From the NCBI GenBank assembly GCA_021324815.1, contig JAJPIJ010000046.1:64750-128749 (forward strand): DNA of 64,000 nt, read 5' to 3'. This document shows, in pieces, positions 8,335-19,110 of the stretch. The DNA is from Gammaproteobacteria bacterium (GTDB lineage Bacteria; Pseudomonadota; Gammaproteobacteria; JAJPIJ01). The notes beneath the pieces are model-generated. The model was given only the letters and a program-made list of their open reading frames with translations, ran no database searches and was not told where the DNA came from. The translations under genes and the position numbers were made by a program. The stretch's first letter is position 1. Every line of letters starts with the position of its first letter.

Positions 8335-9723
8335 ATGCCGCCCCCTATGAATGACACGAGCACAGTCCACACAATCGTCAGTCCCGAAGGCAGCCTTGAG
8401 GTGCTGTCGCAACGGGAGATGATGGAACTCCTCGACACCAGCAACGGCGGCCTGTACGAGCAATTCCGCCGCTGCTGCCTGGCCGTGCTCACCTCCGGCG
8501 CCGAAATCGACGACACGCGCGCGGTGCTGAAGGCGTACCCGGATTTTCAAGTGCGGCTGGTGCACAAGGAGCGCGGCATCCTGCTCAAGCTTGAGAACGC
8601 CCCCGCCAGCGCCTTCGTCGACGGCCGCATGATCCGCGGCGTGCGCGAGCATCTGTTCGCCGTGTTGCGCGATCTCCTGTTCATGCACAACGAGATCCAC
8701 CAGGGCAGGCGCTTCGATCTGAACACCTCCGCCGGCGTGACCGAGGCGGTCTTCAGCATCCTGCGCAACGCCGGCGTGCTGCGGCACGGCGTGAGCCACC
8801 AGATTGCCGTGTGCTGGGGCGGGCATTCGGTGAGCCGCGAGGAATACGACTACAGCAAGCTCGTGGGCTATGAACTGGGGCTGCGCGGCGTGCATGTTTC
8901 CACCGGCTGCGGGCCGGGCGCCATGAAGGGGCCGATGAAGGGCGCCGCCGTCGGCCACACCAAGCAGCGCAGCGCCCACGGCCGCTACATCGGCATCTCC
9001 GAGCCCGGAATCATCGCGGCGGAATCGCCCAATCCCATTGTCAACGAACTCGTCATCATGCCGGACATGGAGAAGCGGCTGGAGGCCTTCGTCCGGCTGG
9101 GCCACGCCTTCATCATCTTCCCCGGCGGCGTGGGCACGGTGGAGGAAATCCTTTATCTCCTGAGCATCCTGCTGCATCCCGACAACGCCGGCCTGCCCTT
9201 CCCGCTGGTTCTGAGCGGCCCGCATTCCTGCCGGGATTATTTCCGCGTGCTGATGGAGTTTCTCGGCGAGGCGCTGGGCGACGGGGTTGCGGCGCAGCTT
9301 CGCATCATCATCGGCGAGCCCGTCACGGTGGCCCGGGAGATCAAGGCGGCGATGGACGGCGTGTTTGAATTCCGCCAGCGCAATGAGGAAGCCTATTACT
9401 TCAACTGGCGCGTGCGGCTTGACCTGGAATTGCAGAAACCTTTCGTCGCCACCCACGAGAACATGGCGGCGCTTCAAATTCATCGCGAGCAGCCGGTGCA
9501 CCTGCTGGCGGCGCAGTTGCGCCGTGCCTTCTCCGGCATCGTCGCCGGCAACGTCAAGGAGGATGGCATGAAGCGGGTGGAGGAACACGGGCCATTCGAG
9601 ATCCACGGCGACCGCGGGATCATGGCGAAGTTCGATGAATTGCTGCGCGCCTTCGTCCGGCAGAAGCGCATGCGGCTGCCGGGACAGGTCTACAACCCCT
9701 GTTATCGCATTATCGCCCGCTAG
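8335..9723 (+). CDS. ppnN: nucleotide 5'-monophosphate nucleosidase PpnN (LOG family)
   Basis: VCWGGHS, TGCGPGAMKGPMKGA, EKRLEAFVR, FPGGVGT.EE, LRRAFSGIVAGNVK, Y.PCY. Confidence 0.92.
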   Translation: MPPPMNDTSTVHTIVSPEGSLEVLSQREMMELLDTSNGGLYEQFRRCCLAVLTSGAEIDDTRAVLKAYPDFQVRLVHKERGILLKLENAPASAFVDGRMIRGVREHLFAVLRDLLFMHNEIHQGRRFDLNTSAGVTEAVFSILRNAGVLRHGVSHQIAVCWGGHSVSREEYDYSKLVGYELGLRGVHVSTGCGPGAMKGPMKGAAVGHTKQRSAHGRYIGISEPGIIAAESPNPIVNELVIMPDMEKRLEAFVRLGHAFIIFPGGVGTVEEILYLLSILLHPDNAGLPFPLVLSGPHSCRDYFRVLMEFLGEALGDGVAAQLRIIIGEPVTVAREIKAAMDGVFEFRQRNEEAYYFNWRVRLDLELQKPFVATHENMAALQIHREQPVHLLAAQLRRAFSGIVAGNVKEDGMKRVEEHGPFEIHGDRGIMAKFDELLRAFVRQKRMRLPGQVYNPCYRIIAR

Positions 9724-10481
9724 AGCTTGAAATCGTGGCGGACGGCGCCGACGACGTTCCCGCGCGCGTCATAGGAGCGTTCGACGAGGCAAACCCCGCC
9801 GTCGGCATCGACGAGCAGCGCCGTCGAGGAACGCGTGCCGTGCACGGGATCGCGGACGAAGATCGGCGACAGCTTCCGCTCCCGTTCCAGGCCCACGCCG
9901 GTGTCCGGCAGTTCCGCATCCGGCGCAGGCGTCGTGTCCGCCAGCAGCACCAGCAATGATTCAGGTTCGATCTCCGGTTGTTCCATGAGCGCGGACAGCG
10001 CCGTCTTGGCGCGCGTCACCTTGGGCCACGGCGTGTCCAGCAGGTGATTGCTCAAGCCATACAGCCCGGGCGCCAGCGGGAGCGGGCCGCGCCCGCGGTT
10101 GGAGTAGTACGCCAGTTCCCGCTCGTCGGCCGTGATGAGGCCGAAGCCGTTGTAGGATTCGGCCTGGCCTGCCACGGCGCGCAAGTATTCCATCGGCGAA
10201 TCCCGGCCCAGCAGGAAATCCTGCACCAGCCAGCCGCGCGATACCGCGGGCGTCACCGGCGGCCCGGGCTCGCGATAATTGGTGACGGCGGCGAAGCGCC
10301 CGTCGCGATTGATGCCGAGCCAGGTGCCGCCGTGCAGGGCGTCGCGGCCGGCGAGTATGTGAGGCGCGTGCGGCCAGAAGCCGGCCGCGTGTGCGGGCCG
10401 CGAGTGGTATTCATCGCGGTTGGCGGCGACGATGAGGCGGTGGCGCGGGTGCCGCCGGTGGGCGAGAACGAGCAGGCACAC
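9720..10481 (-). CDS. NRDE/TANGO2 family protein
   Basis: MCL...AANRDE, GGTWLG, LSNHLLDTPWPK, GTRSST. Confidence 0.93.
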   Translation of the reverse strand: MCLLVLAHRRHPRHRLIVAANRDEYHSRPAHAAGFWPHAPHILAGRDALHGGTWLGINRDGRFAAVTNYREPGPPVTPAVSRGWLVQDFLLGRDSPMEYLRAVAGQAESYNGFGLITADERELAYYSNRGRGPLPLAPGLYGLSNHLLDTPWPKVTRAKTALSALMEQPEIEPESLLVLLADTTPAPDAELPDTGVGLERERKLSPIFVRDPVHGTRSSTALLVDADGGVCLVERSYDARGNVVGAVRHDFKL

Positions 10482-10499
10482 GTGAATGTTCAGGCAAAT

Positions 10500-11015
10500 C
10501 TAGTAATGGATGAGGCTGTGGACGCGGTACCCGCCAAGCTTTTCGCGCCCGCGCAGAAAGTCCAGCTCGACCACGAAGGCGCAGCCCACGAGCGTCGCGC
10601 CCAGTTTCTCGATGAGCCGGCAGCTGGCCTGCGCGGTGCCGCCGGTGGCGATGAGATCGTCCACCAGCAGCACGCGATCGCCGCTGTCGACGCCGTCGAT
10701 GTGGATTTCCAGCGCCGCCGAGCCGTATTCGAGATCGTAGGACAGGGCCTCCACCTGGTACGGCAGTTTGCCGGGTTTGCGCAGCGGGACAAAGCCGACG
10801 TCGAGTTCGCGCGCCGCCAGGGAGCCGAAGATGAAACCGCGCGCCTCCATCCCGGCCACGACGGTAATATCCGCATTGAGGAAGGGCTTTACCAATTCTT
10901 CTGACGCCAGCCGCAGGGCCAGCGGGTCGCGGATGAGGGGGGTCAGGTCCTTGAACACGATGCCCGGCTTGGGGAAATCGGGGATGTCGCGTATTTTGGC
11001 CTTCAGCGCGTCCAT
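10500..11015 (-). CDS. apt: adenine phosphoribosyltransferase
   Basis: IPDFPKPGIVFKD, EARGFIFG, RKPGKLP, VDDLIATGGT. Confidence 0.97.
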   Translation of the reverse strand: MDALKAKIRDIPDFPKPGIVFKDLTPLIRDPLALRLASEELVKPFLNADITVVAGMEARGFIFGSLAARELDVGFVPLRKPGKLPYQVEALSYDLEYGSAALEIHIDGVDSGDRVLLVDDLIATGGTAQASCRLIEKLGATLVGCAFVVELDFLRGREKLGGYRVHSLIHY

Positions 11016-11119
11016 GGTGTCAAAAAATGCCGTTTGAAACATGTTAGCACAGCGTCTGTTCCGGATGACGGGGCGCATGCTAAGGTAAGCGGGCGGTGTC
11101 CTTGTCAACGGGAGGGTTT

Positions 11120-11515
11120 ATGATTGCGAATAACGCGGTGCGATGCTGGGTGGCGTTCATTGGACGTCTGCTACTGGCGGCGATCTTCATCATTGCCGGC
11201 TACGGCAAGCTGACGCACTTTGCCGCCACGGCGGAAATGATGGCCGGCAAGGGCCTGCCGATGCCGAACGCGTTGCTGGTGCTGAGTATCATCATCGAGC
11301 TGGGGGGAGGGCTTCTGCTCGCCGCCGGCTGGTACGCGCGGTATGCGGCGCTCGCGCTTTTCCTCTTCATCATTCCGGTGACCTACGTGTTCCACCCTTT
11401 CTGGTCTGATCCGGGCCAGCAGATCATGTTCTTGAAGAATCTCGCCATCATGGGCGGCATGGCGCAGGTGGTGGCCTACGGCCCGAGTTGCGGCGTCGGT
11501 TGTAGAAGAGCGTAA
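11120..11515 (+). CDS. DoxX family membrane protein
   Basis: GRLLLAAIF...G.GK, IELGGG, FHPFW, FLKNLAIMGG. Confidence 0.88.
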   Translation: MIANNAVRCWVAFIGRLLLAAIFIIAGYGKLTHFAATAEMMAGKGLPMPNALLVLSIIIELGGGLLLAAGWYARYAALALFLFIIPVTYVFHPFWSDPGQQIMFLKNLAIMGGMAQVVAYGPSCGVGCRRA

Positions 11516-11550
11516 CGCGGCAGGAAAACAGGCGATATTCATATCGCAGG

Positions 11551-12279
11551 ATGGCCGGCCCCGCGGGAATTTGGGTGGCGAACTGCGCGTGGCCGGAGGT
11601 CGAGGCGCGGTTGAAAGCGGGCGCGATCGCCGTGCTGCCCATCGGCGCGGGCGCCAAGGAACATGGCTGCCACCTGCCGCTCGACACCGATTTCACCCAG
11701 GCTGAATGGCTGGCGCAGGCGCTGGTTGAAAGACTGCCGGTGGCGGTCTGGCCCACGCTCAGTTACGGCCACTACCCCGTGTTCGTGCAATATCCCGGCA
11801 GCATCTCGCTGACTTCGTCCACCTTTGAAGCGCTGGCGCGCGAAATCGTTACCGGCATATTGCAGACCGGCGCGCGCCACGTGGCGCTGCTCAACACCGG
11901 CATCAGCACCATCAAGCCCCTGCAAGCCGCGCTGGCTGGCATTGAGGCAGGACGGACCACGCTGATCAATGTTTATTCCGGGCCGGTGTTTGCGGCCGCC
12001 GTGAAAGCGGTGGAAGAGCAGCCTTTCGGCGGCCATGCCGATGAGATCGAAACCTCGATCATGCTGGCCATCGCCCCGGAGCGCGTCGACATGAGCCGCG
12101 CGGTGGCGGCGGACAGGCCTATCGAGCGCGGCATGTTCAACCGGTTTGATCCCAAAAGTCCGAACTACAGTCCGAGCGGCGTCAACGGCGACGCCACGCT
12201 CGCCACGCGCGCGAAAGGCGAGCGGCTGCTTTCCGCCATGCTCGACGACGTACTTGCAGTCATGGCTACGATTACCTAA
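11551..12279 (+). CDS. creatininase family amidohydrolase
   Basis: LPIG...EHG.HLP..TD, YPGSI, HADEIETS, SG..GD...AT..KG. Confidence 0.88.
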   Translation: MAGPAGIWVANCAWPEVEARLKAGAIAVLPIGAGAKEHGCHLPLDTDFTQAEWLAQALVERLPVAVWPTLSYGHYPVFVQYPGSISLTSSTFEALAREIVTGILQTGARHVALLNTGISTIKPLQAALAGIEAGRTTLINVYSGPVFAAAVKAVEEQPFGGHADEIETSIMLAIAPERVDMSRAVAADRPIERGMFNRFDPKSPNYSPSGVNGDATLATRAKGERLLSAMLDDVLAVMATIT

Positions 12280-12302
12280 AAAATGCCGTCAGCGAATGAA
12301 AG

Positions 12303-12438
12303 CCGTTCGTGCCGGGCCTTCGACTGGCTCGGGCGAGGGTACGCTGCGCGTATCGAAGCGCGAACGGTTTAAAATAGATATGAGGGGTTCGCCCCTCGAT
12401 ACCCTTCGGTACCTCAGGACAGGCCTCAGGGCGAACGG
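12303..12438. repeat. intergenic palindromic element, family A copy 2
   Basis: CCGTTCG...GGGTACGCTGCGCGTATCGAAGC...CCTCAGGGCGAACGG shared with 4406-4517. Confidence 0.8.
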
Positions 12439-12451
12439 GGTTTAGAGATAG

Positions 12452-13120
12452 ATGATGATGTCACTACGCCGCCGCGCCGACTTCAAGCTCGCGCCGCGCG
12501 CGGCGATCGCATTGCAGGAACGGCTGCGCCATGAAGTCAGCCAGGTGGATCAATTCAAGCGCATCCGCACCGTGGCCGGCGTGGATGCGGGTTTTCCCGC
12601 GGGAGGGCGAAAAACGCGCGCCGCCGCGGTGCTCTTTGAATTTACGAGCCTCGAGTTCATCGCCGCGCGGACGGCAGAGCGAAAAACGACATTTCCCTAC
12701 GTGCCGGGACTGCTTTCCTTCCGCGAGCTGCCCGCCATCCTCGACGCCTTGGCGAAGCTGCCGGAGAAGCCGGATTTGATCCTGTGCGACGGGCAGGGCA
12801 TGGCCCATCCACGACGCTTCGGGATCGCCTGCCATCTGGGCTGGTGGCTGGACTGCCCGACCATCGGCGTCGGTAAATCATTACTCACTGGTATACATGC
12901 CGCCGTCGGCCAGCATCGCGGTGACTGGTCGCCATTGCGCGACGGTGAGGAGATCATCGGCGCGGCTTTACGAACGCGAACGGACGTGAAGCCGGTGTAT
13001 GTCTCCAGCGGCCATCGCGTGTCGCTCGCCACGGCCATTAAACTGGTGCTGGCCTGCGCGCCCCGCTTCCGCCTGCCGGAACCCATCCGCCACGCCGATC
13101 ACCTCGCCTCCCGGCGCTGA
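12452..13120 (+). CDS. nfi: endonuclease V
   Basis: AGVD, FPYVPGLLSFRE, DGQG.AHPRRFGIACH, IGVGKS, R.PEP.R.AD. Confidence 0.95.
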   Translation: MMMSLRRRADFKLAPRAAIALQERLRHEVSQVDQFKRIRTVAGVDAGFPAGGRKTRAAAVLFEFTSLEFIAARTAERKTTFPYVPGLLSFRELPAILDALAKLPEKPDLILCDGQGMAHPRRFGIACHLGWWLDCPTIGVGKSLLTGIHAAVGQHRGDWSPLRDGEEIIGAALRTRTDVKPVYVSSGHRVSLATAIKLVLACAPRFRLPEPIRHADHLASRR

Positions 13121-13122
13121 AC

Positions 13123-15312
13123 TCAGGCTGGGGGGGATTCGATCAGGCGGTGCAGGATTTCCGTGGCCGCGGGATAGTCGATTTTGCCGCTGGCGAGCTG
13201 CGGCAGTTTGTGCACGATCAGCACTTGCCGCGGAATGGCCATCGTGGTGACGCCCTGCCGCTGCGCCTCCTCCACCAGCGCGTGGCGATCCGCGTCGCGC
13301 TGCGTGGTGAGCAGCACGATCTGCTCGCCCTTGCGCCCTTCCGCGATCACCAGCGCGGCGTGCCTGGCTTTCGGCCACAGCGTCATGGCCAGCTCCTCGG
13401 TCAGCATGAGCGGCACGGTTTCGCCGCCGATCTTGGCAAACCGCTTCAGGCGGCCGGTGATGGTGAGAAAGCCCTCGGCGTCGATCTCGGCAATGTCGCC
13501 CGTGTCATACCAGCCGGGGCCGGCGGCAGCCAGAGGCGGCGTGATGCCGCCCTCGGCGTTGAGATAGCCGCGCATGACGTTGGGGCCGCGCACCAGGAGG
13601 CGCCCGCCGCGGGCGATGCCCTCCACCGGCTCCAGCCTGTAGTCGATGCCCGTGAGCAGGCGCCCGACGGTGCCGGCCTTGTACAGCGCCGGCGTGTTGA
13701 CCGCGATCACGGGACTCGCCTCGGTGACGCCGTAGCCCTCCATCACGCGCTGGCCGAAGCGCTCGAGCCACAGGCGCCGCGTTTCCGTGCGCAGCTTCTC
13801 GGCGCCGGCGATGACGAAGCGCAGCGTGCTGAAATCCAATGGGTGCGCGTAGCGCGCGTAGCCGGAAAGAAAAGTATTGGTGCTGAACAGCACCGTGGCG
13901 TTCAGCTCGTAGCACAACTCGGGGATGAGGCGGTAATGCAGCGGCGTCGGGTAGAGGAACACCCGCGCGCCCTCCATGACGGCGAGCAGCGTGCCGGCGG
14001 AGAGGCCGAAGGCATGGAACATCGGCAGGGTGTTGAATACGAGATCGCGCTGGGTCAGCGCGATCAGGGTCCGCGTCTGCGCGTAATTGGCGAGCAGGTT
14101 GGCGTGCGACAGCGCCACGCCCTTGGGCGCGCCTTCGGAGCCGGAGGTGAACAGAACGACCGCGGTTGATTCCGGATCGGCCACGGCCACCCGCCGGCGA
14201 TAGGCGCGCATCGGGAAACAGGCCGCAAGCAGGCCGGCCAGCTTGCGCTTCAAGGTGGCTTGCGCCTTCAAATCCTCGAGGTGAATCAACCGATGCGCCG
14301 CGGCGAGCGCTTGTGCAAGGCCGTGCAATCCCGCTTTGTCGATGAACTCGCGCGAGGTGATGATGTGGCGCAGGCGGGCGACGGCGCAGGCCGCCGTCAC
14401 GTTTTTGACGCCGGCGGTGAAGTTCAGCATCACCGGCACCCGCCCTTCGGCGTGCAGGGCCATAAAAGCCGCCAGCGCCGCGGTTGAGTTCGGCAGCATG
14501 ATGCCCACATGCTCGCCCGGCTGCGTGCGGCCCGCGATCAGATCGCCAAGCACGAAGGCGCGGGCCAGCAGCGCGCGATAGGTCAGCGGCTGGCGGCGCG
14601 GATCCTCGGCGATCATCGTGCCCGCGCCGTGCGTGCGCACCGCGCGGCACAGCGCGGCGAAGAGGGTCTCGTGCCGGTAGCTGTTGAGATAAGAGAGCTT
14701 AAGCAGCGCGTCGTGCAACTGTCGCGCGGCGGCCTTGCGGCGCTGCGCTCCGCGCAAATCCCCCGGCAATCGCAGCCGCAGCGGCGGCAGGAACGTCAGC
14801 CGTATGGGCGGCAGCCAGCGGCGCCGCACCCTGCCGCCGAGATACGAGAACATCGAATACTGCGCCCCCTCAATGCCGACGGGGAGAATGACGGCCTCGG
14901 CGCGGTCGGCGATCAAGCCCGGACCCTCGTAGATTTTCATCAGGCCGCTGGTGATCGAAATGCGCCCCTCGGGAAAGATCACCGCCTTGCGGTCCTCGCG
15001 CAGAAACCGGACCATCGCCTTGATCGCCAGCGCGTGGGTGGTGTCCAGGCGGAAGATGTCCACGCAGGCCAGAAACGGACGGAACAACCGGCGCCCGGCG
15101 ATGTCGGTGTTGACCGCGAAGGTGGGCGGTTCCGGCAGGAACAGGAACAGCAACGCGCCGTCCAAAAGCGACACGTGGTTGGCGATGATGAGCACCCGCC
15201 GGCCGGCGGCATGGTAATGCTCGATCCCGCGCACCTCGACGCGGAACAGCCGCCGCGCCAGTTCGCGGAGCCACGGGCGCAACTGCCGGAGCAGGCGTTT
15301 CATGCGCGGCAA
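13123..15312 (-). CDS. aas: Aas-like acyltransferase / acyl-ACP synthetase
   Basis: NH.S.LD and IFPEG acyltransferase motifs; FTSGSEG.PKGV, EGYG.TE and YDTGD AMP-binding motifs. Confidence 0.85.
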   Translation of the reverse strand: MPRMKRLLRQLRPWLRELARRLFRVEVRGIEHYHAAGRRVLIIANHVSLLDGALLFLFLPEPPTFAVNTDIAGRRLFRPFLACVDIFRLDTTHALAIKAMVRFLREDRKAVIFPEGRISITSGLMKIYEGPGLIADRAEAVILPVGIEGAQYSMFSYLGGRVRRRWLPPIRLTFLPPLRLRLPGDLRGAQRRKAAARQLHDALLKLSYLNSYRHETLFAALCRAVRTHGAGTMIAEDPRRQPLTYRALLARAFVLGDLIAGRTQPGEHVGIMLPNSTAALAAFMALHAEGRVPVMLNFTAGVKNVTAACAVARLRHIITSREFIDKAGLHGLAQALAAAHRLIHLEDLKAQATLKRKLAGLLAACFPMRAYRRRVAVADPESTAVVLFTSGSEGAPKGVALSHANLLANYAQTRTLIALTQRDLVFNTLPMFHAFGLSAGTLLAVMEGARVFLYPTPLHYRLIPELCYELNATVLFSTNTFLSGYARYAHPLDFSTLRFVIAGAEKLRTETRRLWLERFGQRVMEGYGVTEASPVIAVNTPALYKAGTVGRLLTGIDYRLEPVEGIARGGRLLVRGPNVMRGYLNAEGGITPPLAAAGPGWYDTGDIAEIDAEGFLTITGRLKRFAKIGGETVPLMLTEELAMTLWPKARHAALVIAEGRKGEQIVLLTTQRDADRHALVEEAQRQGVTTMAIPRQVLIVHKLPQLASGKIDYPAATEILHRLIESPPA

Positions 15313-15376
15313 TTTAGCCTGCCGTCGGCGGAGAAGTGAAGCCCTGGGGGTAAGGCAGTTCTTTTTCGGGGCTTTT

Positions 15377-17080
15377 TTAGATCCTCAGGGAGGAGTCGTC
15401 GGCCAGCGACACGGTGGTGTAAATGTCCAGTTTCATGCCGGGCTGGAGGCGGCGGCGGGGTTCCATGTTGTTCCACTGGCACAGCTGCTCGACGCTGACC
15501 TTGAAGCGACGGGCGATGGTCCACAACGAGTCGCCGGACTGGATTTCATAGCGCACGCGTTGCAAGCTGGACAGGGACACCGGTCGAACCGGTGCCGGGG
15601 CCGCGGCGGGCGGCATCTCCGCGGCGGCCACGGTCTGGTTTTTCCAGACCACGATTTCCTGCTTGAGCCGCAGGGTGACGCCGGGTGGCAGATGATTCCA
15701 CGCCAGCAAATCCTCCACGCTGACGCGGTACATGCGGGCGATGCTCCACAGGCTGTCGCCCGGCCGCACGATATGCGTGATTTTGTCGCCCCCGGTCGGG
15801 GATGGTGTATAGGCCACCGGCGTGACCCGGGCCGCTGCGGGACGGGCGGTTGAGGCGGCAATCGTCTCGCGGCCGCCGTCCGGGATGAGCAATTCCTGGT
15901 TCACGCCGAGGCGCTCGCTCTTCAAGTGATTGGCGGCCTTGATCTCCTCGACGGTGACCGCGTAGCGTCTGGCGATGGCGCCCAGATTCTCGCCCCGCCG
16001 CACGACATGGAGGGTGCTGCGCACGGCGAGGCCGTCGGTCCCCTGGATGGCCAGCGCCCGCCGGAAAACCTCCGCCCGCTGCACCGGCAGGATCAACTCA
16101 TGCGGGCCATCGGGATCGCTTACGTGCTTCAAGAAGCCGGGATTGAGCGCGCGCAATTCCCCGACGCTCATTCCCGCCATCACGGCGGCCTTGTTGAGAT
16201 CCATCTGGCGTCCCACGGCCACGGTGGTGAGATAAGGCTTGTTCTCCACCGGCGGCAGCGACACCTGATAGCGCAGCGGCGTGGCGATGATCTGACTTAC
16301 GGCCAGCAGCCGGGGCACGTAGCCCCGCGTCTCCCGCGGCAACTTGAGCGACCAGAAGTCGGTCGGTCTGCCCGCCCTGCGATTCGCCTCGATGGCGCGC
16401 GCGACGTTCCGCTCGCCGCAGTTGTAGGCGGCGATGGCGGCCAGCCAGTCGCCGCGGAACGCTTCGTGCAGTTGCTGGAGATAATCGAGCGCCGCCTGGG
16501 TCGAGGCCATGACGTCGCGCCGGCCGTCGTACCAGCGGCTGCGGCTCAACCCAAAGCGCGTGCCGGTGCCGGGGATGAACTGCCACAGGCCGGAGGCCTT
16601 GTGGCGCGAAGTCGCGTCGGGACGGAAGGCGCTTTCGACGATGGGCAGCAGGGCCACCTCCATCGGCATCCGCCGGCGCTCGACCTCGCTTACGATGTAG
16701 TACAAATAAGGCCGGGCCCGTGTTGTGGCTTGGTCGAGGAAATCGCGGTTGGCGAGATACCAGTTCAGCGAATCCCGCACCTCCGGGCGGCCGCCCTCCG
16801 CGTTGAGCTTGAGGCCGAGCCGGACGCGGTCCCAGACGTCATCCAGACCGCCATTGGCGCGGTTGTCGGGGACTGCTTCGGGGGGATTGGAATTGCGGTT
16901 GTCGTTTGCGGCGGCGGGGGCTGAATCGGATGGCGGGGTTGTTGTGGCTGCTGCTGCGGCGGCGGGGCCGTTTTTGTCGTCGCTCCTGGTGAACCACGTG
17001 CTTACCGTGCTACAGGCGCCAAGCAGGATTGACGCCAGCAGCAGCGCGAAAGCCACCCCCCCTCGTTTCCCCCAGCGCAT
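15377..17080 (-). CDS. mltD: membrane-bound lytic murein transglycosylase D with three LysM domains
   Basis: Lipobox LGAC, LPIVESAF, GLWQF, AAYNCGE, LPRETRGYVP, three LysM repeats; start approximate. Confidence 0.9.
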   Translation of the reverse strand: MRWGKRGGVAFALLLASILLGACSTVSTWFTRSDDKNGPAAAAAATTTPPSDSAPAAANDNRNSNPPEAVPDNRANGGLDDVWDRVRLGLKLNAEGGRPEVRDSLNWYLANRDFLDQATTRARPYLYYIVSEVERRRMPMEVALLPIVESAFRPDATSRHKASGLWQFIPGTGTRFGLSRSRWYDGRRDVMASTQAALDYLQQLHEAFRGDWLAAIAAYNCGERNVARAIEANRRAGRPTDFWSLKLPRETRGYVPRLLAVSQIIATPLRYQVSLPPVENKPYLTTVAVGRQMDLNKAAVMAGMSVGELRALNPGFLKHVSDPDGPHELILPVQRAEVFRRALAIQGTDGLAVRSTLHVVRRGENLGAIARRYAVTVEEIKAANHLKSERLGVNQELLIPDGGRETIAASTARPAAARVTPVAYTPSPTGGDKITHIVRPGDSLWSIARMYRVSVEDLLAWNHLPPGVTLRLKQEIVVWKNQTVAAAEMPPAAAPAPVRPVSLSSLQRVRYEIQSGDSLWTIARRFKVSVEQLCQWNNMEPRRRLQPGMKLDIYTTVSLADDSSLRI

Positions 17081-17157
17081 AGAGCGGTCGATGCTAGTGG
17101 GGCGATTGGAAGGCGTCAATAGCCGGCCTCTGCCGTCCGCACTTACCAGCATATAAT

Positions 17158-17952
17158 GTGCCTATGAGCACTCCTGCTGGCCGGACAGTGGCGAAACCCG
17201 CATCCTCCGCGGCGGATTTCGGGCGCTGGCTCGGTTCCGCGACGGGGTCCCTGATGCGCCGGGAGGTGGCGGCGCGGGTGGGGGCGGTGCTGCCCAATCT
17301 GTTCGGCTATCACGCCATACAACTGGGGGGTTACGGCGATGAGGACCTGCTTTGCACCAGCCGCATTTCGCACCGCTGCCACGTGCAACTGGGCACGGGT
17401 TCCGCCGCGCCGTCCACCGTCGATCTGATCGGCGACCCGGCGGCCCTGCCGTTTGCCGCCGACAGCGTCGACGTCATGCTGCTGCCGCACGTGCTGGAAT
17501 TCAGCGCCGATCCGCACCAGGTGCTGCGCGAGGCCGAGCGGGTGCTGATTGGCGAGGGGCATCTGCTGATTCTCGGCTTCAATCCGTGGAGCTGGTTCGG
17601 GCTGTGGCGGCTCTTGTTCGGCTGGCGCGGCGCCATGCCCTGGTCCGGCCGGTTCTACGGCCTGACCCGCGTCAAGGACTGGCTGAAGCTGCTCGGCTTC
17701 GAGGTGATCGACCGGCAGTATTTTTTCCACCGCCCGCCGGTGCGGTCGCCGGCATTGTCACGGCGGCTGGGCTTTCTGGAGCACCTGGGCGCATGGCTGT
17801 GGCGGGGGACGGGCGGGGCCTACCTGATGGTCGCCAAAAAGAGGGTGGAGTGCCTGATTCCGCTGCGCACGCAATGGCGGCTGCGCCGCCGCGTGATTGC
17901 CGCCGGCGTGGCCGAGCCCTCGCTGCGGCGGATGACGGGCCGTGACGGATAA
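17158..17952 (+). CDS. YafS-like class I SAM-dependent methyltransferase
   Basis: [17 protein letters not shown]...LPH.LEF...PHQ.LRE..RVL, GFNPWS; upstream of rnhA. Confidence 0.85.
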   Translation: MPMSTPAGRTVAKPASSAADFGRWLGSATGSLMRREVAARVGAVLPNLFGYHAIQLGGYGDEDLLCTSRISHRCHVQLGTGSAAPSTVDLIGDPAALPFAADSVDVMLLPHVLEFSADPHQVLREAERVLIGEGHLLILGFNPWSWFGLWRLLFGWRGAMPWSGRFYGLTRVKDWLKLLGFEVIDRQYFFHRPPVRSPALSRRLGFLEHLGAWLWRGTGGAYLMVAKKRVECLIPLRTQWRLRRRVIAAGVAEPSLRRMTGRDG

Positions 17953-18400
17953 AAAAACGGTGGAGATTTACACCGACGGCGCCTGCCGCGGCAATCCCGG
18001 ACCCGGGGGCTGGGCGGTGCTGATGCGCTACGGCGCGCATGAAAAGGAATTGAGCGGCGCCGAGCTGCTGACCACCAACAACCGCATGGAATTGCGGGCG
18101 GTCATCGCGGGCTTGAAGGCGCTCAAGCGCAGGAGCCGTGTCAGGCTCACCACGGATTCGCAATACGTGCAGAAGGGCGTCAGCGAGTGGCTGCCGGACT
18201 GGAAGGCCCGCCACTGGCGCACGGCCGGCAAAAAGCCGGTGAAGAACGAGGACCTCTGGCGCGAGCTGGACGAGGCGGCCGGGCGGCACGAGGTGCGCTT
18301 CGAATGGGTGCGCGGCCACGCCGGGCATCCGGAGAACGAGCGCGTGGATCAGCTGGCGAACGCGGCGATTGACCGGCTGCTCGCGGAGGGCGGCGCGTGA
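17942..18400 (+). CDS. rnhA: ribonuclease HI
   Basis: [40 protein letters not shown]. Confidence 0.97.
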   Translation: MTDKKTVEIYTDGACRGNPGPGGWAVLMRYGAHEKELSGAELLTTNNRMELRAVIAGLKALKRRSRVRLTTDSQYVQKGVSEWLPDWKARHWRTAGKKPVKNEDLWRELDEAAGRHEVRFEWVRGHAGHPENERVDQLANAAIDRLLAEGGA

Positions 18401-19110
18401 GACAGGTGGTGCTCGACACCGAGACCACCGGGCTGGAGCCCGCGGAGGGACACCGCATCATCGAGATCGGCGCGCTCGAGATCATCAACCGGCGCCTCAG
18501 TGGGCGCACCTTTCACCATTATCTGCAACCCGACCGCGAGATCGACGAGGGGGCGCTGGCGGTGCACGGCATCACGCTCGAGCGCCTGCGCGACAGCCCG
18601 CGCTTTCCGGACATCGCGGCCGCCTTGATCGACTTCATCCGCGACGCCGAGGTCATCATCCACAACGCGCCCTTCGACGTGGGCTTCCTCAATCACGAGC
18701 TGAAGCTCGCGGGCGGGCGGTGGGGCAGGTTCGAGGACCACTGCACGGTGTTGGACACGCTCGCCATGGCGCGCGAGCGTCATCCCGGGCAGCGCAACAG
18801 CCTCGACGCCCTGTGCAAGCGTTACAACGTCGACAATTCCGCGCGCCGCTACCACGGCGCGCTGCTGGACGCGGAAATTCTCGCCGACGTGTATCTGGCG
18901 ATGACCGGTGGCCAGGCCGCCTTGTTGCTGGAGGATCAGGTCAGGTCCGGCGCCGTCACCGCCGCAGTTCCCGCCGTCCGCCACGATCGTGCTCCGCTCA
19001 AGGTAATCCCCCCGTCGGAGACGGAGTTGAAGGAGCATCATCGCCGTCTCGCCGCCATCGACAAGGCTTCCGGCGGCCGCTGTCTGTGGCTGCATGGGGA
19101 AAATGCATGA
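18397..19110 (+). CDS. dnaQ: DNA polymerase III epsilon subunit
   Basis: [31 protein letters not shown]. Confidence 0.97.
   Translation: MRQVVLDTETTGLEPAEGHRIIEIGALEIINRRLSGRTFHHYLQPDREIDEGALAVHGITLERLRDSPRFPDIAAALIDFIRDAEVIIHNAPFDVGFLNHELKLAGGRWGRFEDHCTVLDTLAMARERHPGQRNSLDALCKRYNVDNSARRYHGALLDAEILADVYLAMTGGQAALLLEDQVRSGAVTAAVPAVRHDRAPLKVIPPSETELKEHHRRLAAIDKASGGRCLWLHGENA

Noticed and set aside
17081-17157. gloB missing between mltD and the yafS-like gene
   Set aside because: Simple gene-order variation; no remnant visible.
18369-19106. Apparent 978-aa SulP with a long N-terminal extension
   Set aside because: The extension is an alternate frame of dnaQ; SulP starts at 19107 with an ATGA overlap.
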